Of a stretch of 64,000 nucleotides of DNA, positions 59,211 through 64,000 are shown piece by piece. The translations under genes and the position numbers were made by a program. The notes under the pieces are model-generated. The model was not told where the DNA came from. It saw nothing but the letters and a program-made list of their open reading frames with translations, and searched no databases. The DNA is from an uncultured delta proteobacterium. Lineage in GTDB: Bacteria; Desulfobacterota; Binatia; UBA9968. The DNA lies in the NCBI GenBank assembly GCA_963804165.1, contig CAWDPO010000025.1:32001-96000 (forward strand). The letters run 5' to 3'. Position 1 is the first letter of the stretch. Each line of letters opens with the position of its first letter.

Positions 59211-60275
59211 ATGGGACAGATACTCGGGCTTGGTATCACTCATTATCCCGGTCTTTCGATCCAGGGCAATTTAACCCGCCGCATTAGAATGTGTCTGGCC
59301 GATCCCGCTCTGCCGGAGCCCCTGCGCTCGATCGAGAATTGGCCGGAACCGATGCGCCGGGAGTGGAGCACGGACGAGGGGCAAGCGCATTCCGACACGC
59401 ACCGCGCGGCGATGATCGACGGGTTTCGCAGGGCGCGCCGGGAACTCGATGACTTTCAGCCGGATTTTTGCGTGATCTGGGGCGACGATCAGTTCGAGAA
59501 CTACCGTGAGGATTGCGTGCCGGCGTTCTCCGTCCTCGCCTATGACTCGGCGGAGTTCCAACCCTGGCTGCATAACCAGCGTGGCATAAATTCCTGGAAT
59601 GAGCCCAAGGATACGAGTTTCGCGGTCAAAGGACATCGCGTTGGTGCCAAACACCTTGCGTCATTTCTGCTCAACGAAGGTTTCGACATAGCATACAGCT
59701 ACAAGCCGCTGCACATCGCACTGGGCCACGCGTTTGCCAACTCTGTGCTTTACCTCGACTGGGACCGCAGCGGATTGCAGTATCCCCTGGTGCCGTTCAC
59801 GGTGAACGCATACGGACGCCATCTCACGGGTAGCCAAGGCGTGCCGCCGACGCCATCCAAAGGACAAAGCCTGCTCGAGAAGGAAGAAGATCCACCCGGA
59901 CCGCAGCCGTGGCGCTGTTTTCAGATCGGTGCCGCGACTGCGCGTGCGTTCGCCGCAAGTCCGTGGAGAGTCGCATTGATCGCTTCTTCCAGCTGGTCGC
60001 ATTCTTTTTTGACCGCGAAGCACGGCCGCATGTATCCCGACGTCGAATCGGACAAGCATTACTTCGAAGCGCTGCGCGACGGCCGCTGGGAAGTCTGGCG
60101 CGATACCACACTGTCTGAGGCGGAAGACCGTGGCCATCATGAACTGCTCAATTGGTTTTGTCTGGCCGGAGCAATGGCTGAGCTCAAGCGTAAGCCCGAC
60201 GAAGCGGTATTCTTGGAGTCGTGGACGACGAACTCCGACAAGGTTTTCGCCGTTTTTCGACCGCCGCTTGGCTGA
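59211..60275 (+). CDS. Class III extradiol ring-cleavage dioxygenase (LigB/MhpB-like)
   Basis: GITHYP, WGDDQFEN, LGHAF, IASSSWSH, HELLNW. Confidence 0.8.
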   Translation: MGQILGLGITHYPGLSIQGNLTRRIRMCLADPALPEPLRSIENWPEPMRREWSTDEGQAHSDTHRAAMIDGFRRARRELDDFQPDFCVIWGDDQFENYREDCVPAFSVLAYDSAEFQPWLHNQRGINSWNEPKDTSFAVKGHRVGAKHLASFLLNEGFDIAYSYKPLHIALGHAFANSVLYLDWDRSGLQYPLVPFTVNAYGRHLTGSQGVPPTPSKGQSLLEKEEDPPGPQPWRCFQIGAATARAFAASPWRVALIASSSWSHSFLTAKHGRMYPDVESDKHYFEALRDGRWEVWRDTTLSEAEDRGHHELLNWFCLAGAMAELKRKPDEAVFLESWTTNSDKVFAVFRPPLG

Positions 60276-60307
60276 ACAAAAACGATACGTGACGTGGGAG
60301 GAATAGC

Positions 60308-60619
60308 ATGATCATTTTGCACGTAACGGTTCAGATAAAACCCGAGCATGTCTCCGCGTACCTGGAAGCCATACGCCACGACGCCGAGCATTCAGAGAAA
60401 GACGAGCCCGGCTGCCTGCGCTTCGACCTGGTCCAAGATCGGGATGACCCGAACCGCTTTTACTATTACGAGGTCTACAAAGACGAAGCGGCGTTAGAGG
60501 CACACCGGCAGACGCCGCATTTCAAACTCTACGCTGAGAAGGTGCAACCTTGGTTGGCCGCGCCGCCAGAGCGGCGGTTTGGCAAAAACTTGATCCCATC
60601 CGATGCAGCCTGGCGCTGA
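60308..60619 (+). CDS. ABM/putative quinol monooxygenase (LsrG-like)
   Basis: EPGCLRFDL, YEVYKDEAALEAHRQTPHF. Confidence 0.88.
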   Translation: MIILHVTVQIKPEHVSAYLEAIRHDAEHSEKDEPGCLRFDLVQDRDDPNRFYYYEVYKDEAALEAHRQTPHFKLYAEKVQPWLAAPPERRFGKNLIPSDAAWR

Positions 60620-60830
60620 CCTCTGAAAAACGCGACCGAAAAGTCGCGGCGTGCTTTGTCACTCCAGAGTCTTGTGCCAACGGGGTCGGATCAATCGCAG
60701 GTTTACCAGTCCGTGCTTGCCTGAACCTGGGCAAAATCGTATGGTGCCGCGCGCCTCGTTTGAGCATTGATGCGCGCGAGGTTGATAAAAACGACCCGAC
60801 AGATTTCTCATCCGCGATTTGGGAGGGGCC

Positions 60831-61832
60831 ATGATTCTTCGACGGCAAATTTCGTTGCTGGCAGCGCTGATCGCGATTTCTCCCTCGGTGACTTCGATCC
60901 CCGCGCGTGCTCAGGAGAAAGTTAGGCTCGCCCACAGCGCATTGGAGAGCAGCAACTCGGTCTGGTACGTGGCTAAGGAGCGCGGTTTCTACAAGAAAAA
61001 CGGCTTGGACGCGGATCTGCTCTTCATCCCGAGCACAACCACGAGCGTGTCGAGTCTCGTGGCGGGTGATGTGCAAGTGGCGAACGCTTCGGGCGGCGGT
61101 GTGGCGAGCGCCGTAGTTGCCGGGGCGGATCTGGTCATGGTCGCCTGCTATCTCAATTCGCTGCCCTACGAGTTGGTCGTAAGCGAGAGCGTCAAATCGG
61201 CCGAAGATCTCAAAGGAAAAAGTGTCGGGATCAGCCGCGTCGGCAGCGCATCGGATGTCGCGGCACGCGCGCTCATCAAAGGATTGGGGCTCGAACCAGA
61301 CAAGCAGGTGCCGATCATGCAGGTCGGCGGACCGGCTGAGCGGGCCGCGGCGTTTCGCACCGGCAGGATTGCCGGTTTCCCCTCGCCTCCTGGTATCATC
61401 CACTTGACGAAAGGATTTCCGTTCCGAATTCTCATCAGCACTGCGGATTTTCAGAAGCGGTTCGATTTCCCCTATATTTGCGCTACTACGACCAAGAGCT
61501 ATCTCGCGCGGCAGAGAGAGACCGTGAAAAGAGTCTTAATGGCGCACATCGAAGCGGTGCAATTTTTCAAAACTCACAAGGACGAGAGCAAAAAAATCGT
61601 TGCCAAGTACAGCAGGATAAACAACGAGGATTATCTGGAGGCCGCTTACGTCGCCAGCGCGAAACTCTACGACGTGGTGCCGCTGGTGACTCGAGTGGGA
61701 GCGGAAGTTCAGATTAAGGAAGCCACGGGTCGCAAACCCGGCGCGCAGCTTCGCTTCGAGGATATGGTCGACGAAAGTCTCGTGCGCGAGTTGGAAAAGA
61801 GCGGATTTATCGACAAGACGTATAAGCAGTGA
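60831..61832 (+). CDS. ABC-type substrate-binding protein, NMT1/SsuA-like
   Basis: Signal peptide; GFYKKNGLD, DLKGKSVGISR, VRELEKSGF. Confidence 0.87.
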   Translation: MILRRQISLLAALIAISPSVTSIPARAQEKVRLAHSALESSNSVWYVAKERGFYKKNGLDADLLFIPSTTTSVSSLVAGDVQVANASGGGVASAVVAGADLVMVACYLNSLPYELVVSESVKSAEDLKGKSVGISRVGSASDVAARALIKGLGLEPDKQVPIMQVGGPAERAAAFRTGRIAGFPSPPGIIHLTKGFPFRILISTADFQKRFDFPYICATTTKSYLARQRETVKRVLMAHIEAVQFFKTHKDESKKIVAKYSRINNEDYLEAAYVASAKLYDVVPLVTRVGAEVQIKEATGRKPGAQLRFEDMVDESLVRELEKSGFIDKTYKQ

Positions 61833-61969
61833 GACGTACGAATCGCTGCGTTACGCCTAATGTACGTCCGTCGAGGCTCTGCTTTGTCTCGATGAAGGGA
61901 TGGATATGAGACTTCACGGGGTGGCGCCTGTCCCTCCGCGGCAGCTATAGCAGCTCTAGCGCGGCTGTC

Positions 61970-62933
61970 ATGAAGCGAATATTATTCGTCCTTCTCTTGA
62001 TCTCGCTGCTTCCGTCATGCGCAGGAGCGCGTAAAGTTCGCCGTCGGAGTTTCATCCAAGGTTCTCGGCTACGGCCATCTCTGGGCGGCGTGGCGGTTAA
62101 AATTTTTCGAACGTGAGGGGCTCGACGTCGACGTTGTGCTGATGCGTGGCACGGCGCCCGCCGTACAGACCCTGATCGCTGGATCGATCTCTGTAGCACT
62201 CGTCGCCAACGACGGGCCCATCGCCGCAGTTGAACAAGGGATGGATATTGTCATGGTCGCCAGCAACAGCAAGCTTACACACATGCTGATCGGCGGGAAA
62301 AGCTACAAAGCCTGGGAAGACCTACGCGGATCGACCGTTGGCTCCTCGACTCTGACGTCCGGTACTGCTTTTGTTTTGCGCCGGGCGTTAAAAGTAAAGG
62401 GGCTCGAATATCCCCGGGATTACAAGCTGCTCAACGTCGGCGGCACAACTTCCGCGTTTGCGGCTATGAGCGCCGGTCAGATTGCCGCGGCCATGCTCGC
62501 CGTTCCCAATGCCTTTCAAGCCCAAGACGCGGGACTAAATCTGATCGGGCGCGTGGCGGATATCTTTCCCGATTATCTGCTTTCGGCTTATTCGGTCCGG
62601 CGTAGCTGGGCCGAGAAGAACCGGCCGCTGGTGGTTCGCTTTCTCAAGTCGGTGGTGCGAGCGAAGAAATGGTTCGAACAAGATCGAAAAGCGGCGATCG
62701 AGTTTTTGGCCAAAGAGTTTCAACTTGCCCCGAGCCTCGCCGAGAAAGGCCTCGACTACTATCTAACAAATCAGGCCTGGCATCCGGAACTGGAGATAGA
62801 AATGGATGGACTCAGGACCGTCGTCGACATCTACGCGGAGCAGACCGGCATGAAGGGACCGATTCCTAACCCGGAGAAATACGTCGATCAGAGTTATCTT
62901 CGACAGGCATTGAAGGAACTGGGTCTGAGGTGA
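61970..62933 (+). pseudogene. NMT1/SsuA-like binding protein with frameshift at the end of the signal peptide
   Basis: MKRILFVLLLISLLPS in one frame; AQERVKF..FFEREGLDVD..DLRGSTVG in the next frame from ~62019. Confidence 0.72.
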
Positions 62934-62987
62934 CGGAGATTCTTGTCGCTAGACGGCCATTCCAATGACCCAGATAAGCGGGAGCCA

Positions 62988-64000
62988 ATGAGCACCAAAG
63001 GTAAAGCGGCAATCTTCGTCGAACCCAACAAGCCGCTGGTGATTGACGAAGTCGAATTTCCCGATCCCGGTCCGGATCAAGTCTTGGTCAAATTGTCTGC
63101 CAGCGGTGTTTGTCACTCGCAGCTGCATACCATGCAAAGGCCGGCTCGTCCCGGACATCGTCTGCCGGCGCTTTTGGGCCACGAATCGACGGGGGTTGTG
63201 GCGGAGAAAGGGCGTGGTGTTCGTCACGTGAAAGAAGGCGATCACGTAATCACGACGTGGGTCGATCGCGACAATGCCACGACTGATCAGCTGATGGTGA
63301 TGCATGCTCTGAACGATCGGGCGCAGTACACGGCTAACTGGCGCGGCAAAGAAGTGATGCACTCCGCCGCAACCTGGGCGGAATATGCTTTGGCACAGGA
63401 GCGCGTCGTGCTGCCGCTGCCGAACGATGTCCCGATGGACGTAACGTCGATCATCGGCTGTGCCGTGATGACCGGCGCAGGCGCGATCATCAACACGCTG
63501 CAAGTGTCGTCCGGAAAATCTGTCGCTATCTTCGGCGCCGGTGGCATCGGCCTGTGCGCGATCTCGGCGGCGGCGATCGTCGATGCTCATCCAGTCATCG
63601 CCGTTGATCTCAATCAGCAGAAGCTGGATTTCGCCCGGCGCTTCGGTGCAACACATGCGGTGAACGCGCAAGAGGATGACCCAGTCGAGACGATCCGCAA
63701 ACTGACTGGCGGCGGTGTCGACTTCGCGATCGATGCCGTGGGATTGCCGCAAACTCAGGAGCAGATTCTCCGTGCCGTGCGGCCGGGTTTTTCCGGCCGT
63801 AACAAGGGTGGCACAGCGTTGCTCATCGGCATCACCCCGCCAAACGCAAAGGCGATTCTCGACACCAGCCTTTTTGTCGGCAGCCGATCGTTCACGCGGA
63901 CAAGCGGAGGGGACTGCAAGCCCGATCGCGATTTTCCAATTTTCATTCGTTGGTACTGCGAGGGCAAGCTCAAACTTGATGGGCTGATTACGAACCGCTA
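62988..64000 (+). CDS. Zinc-dependent alcohol dehydrogenase (MDR family), 3' partial
   Basis: Not in the ORF track because it has no stop in the window; translates MSTKGKAAIF..SGVCHSQLH..LGHE..GCAVMTG..IFGAGGIG. Confidence 0.88.
   Translation, partial: MSTKGKAAIFVEPNKPLVIDEVEFPDPGPDQVLVKLSASGVCHSQLHTMQRPARPGHRLPALLGHESTGVVAEKGRGVRHVKEGDHVITTWVDRDNATTDQLMVMHALNDRAQYTANWRGKEVMHSAATWAEYALAQERVVLPLPNDVPMDVTSIIGCAVMTGAGAIINTLQVSSGKSVAIFGAGGIGLCAISAAAIVDAHPVIAVDLNQQKLDFARRFGATHAVNAQEDDPVETIRKLTGGGVDFAIDAVGLPQTQEQILRAVRPGFSGRNKGGTALLIGITPPNAKAILDTSLFVGSRSFTRTSGGDCKPDRDFPIFIRWYCEGKLKLDGLITNR

Noticed and set aside
62949-63752. 267-aa minus-strand ORF
   Set aside because: Antisense shadow; the real gene is the plus-strand dehydrogenase starting at 62988

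Overview
Bacterial, GC-rich 64 kb window dominated by solute-binding proteins and small-molecule catabolic enzymes. It holds 11 NMT1/SsuA-type, 2 iron/family-1, 2 Bug/TctC and 1 family-3 binding proteins, and I could recognise no ABC permease or ATPase. The only complete transporter is one TAXI-TRAP pair. This gene content resembles uncultured Binatia/'Deltaproteobacteria'-type genomes (inference, not shown by the sequence). Main points: (1) a 7-gene minus-strand cluster at 3989-10590 with three tandem 4,5-dihydroxyphthalate-decarboxylase-like paralogues, a heme-oxygenase-like diiron oxidase and two class II aldolases; (2) a stand-alone two-gene cassette carrying a T4 gp19/eCIS-type tail-tube gene with no other phage or eCIS genes; (3) an intact IS (17-bp IRs, 6-bp TSD) inserted at the namZ stop codon; (4) dispersed LigY-, LigB- and Rieske-type aromatic enzymes; (5) several families of intergenic palindromic repeats; (6) six frameshifted genes and several gene relics. 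No rRNA, tRNA or CRISPR array was seen. All family calls come from motif recognition by eye; no database search was run.
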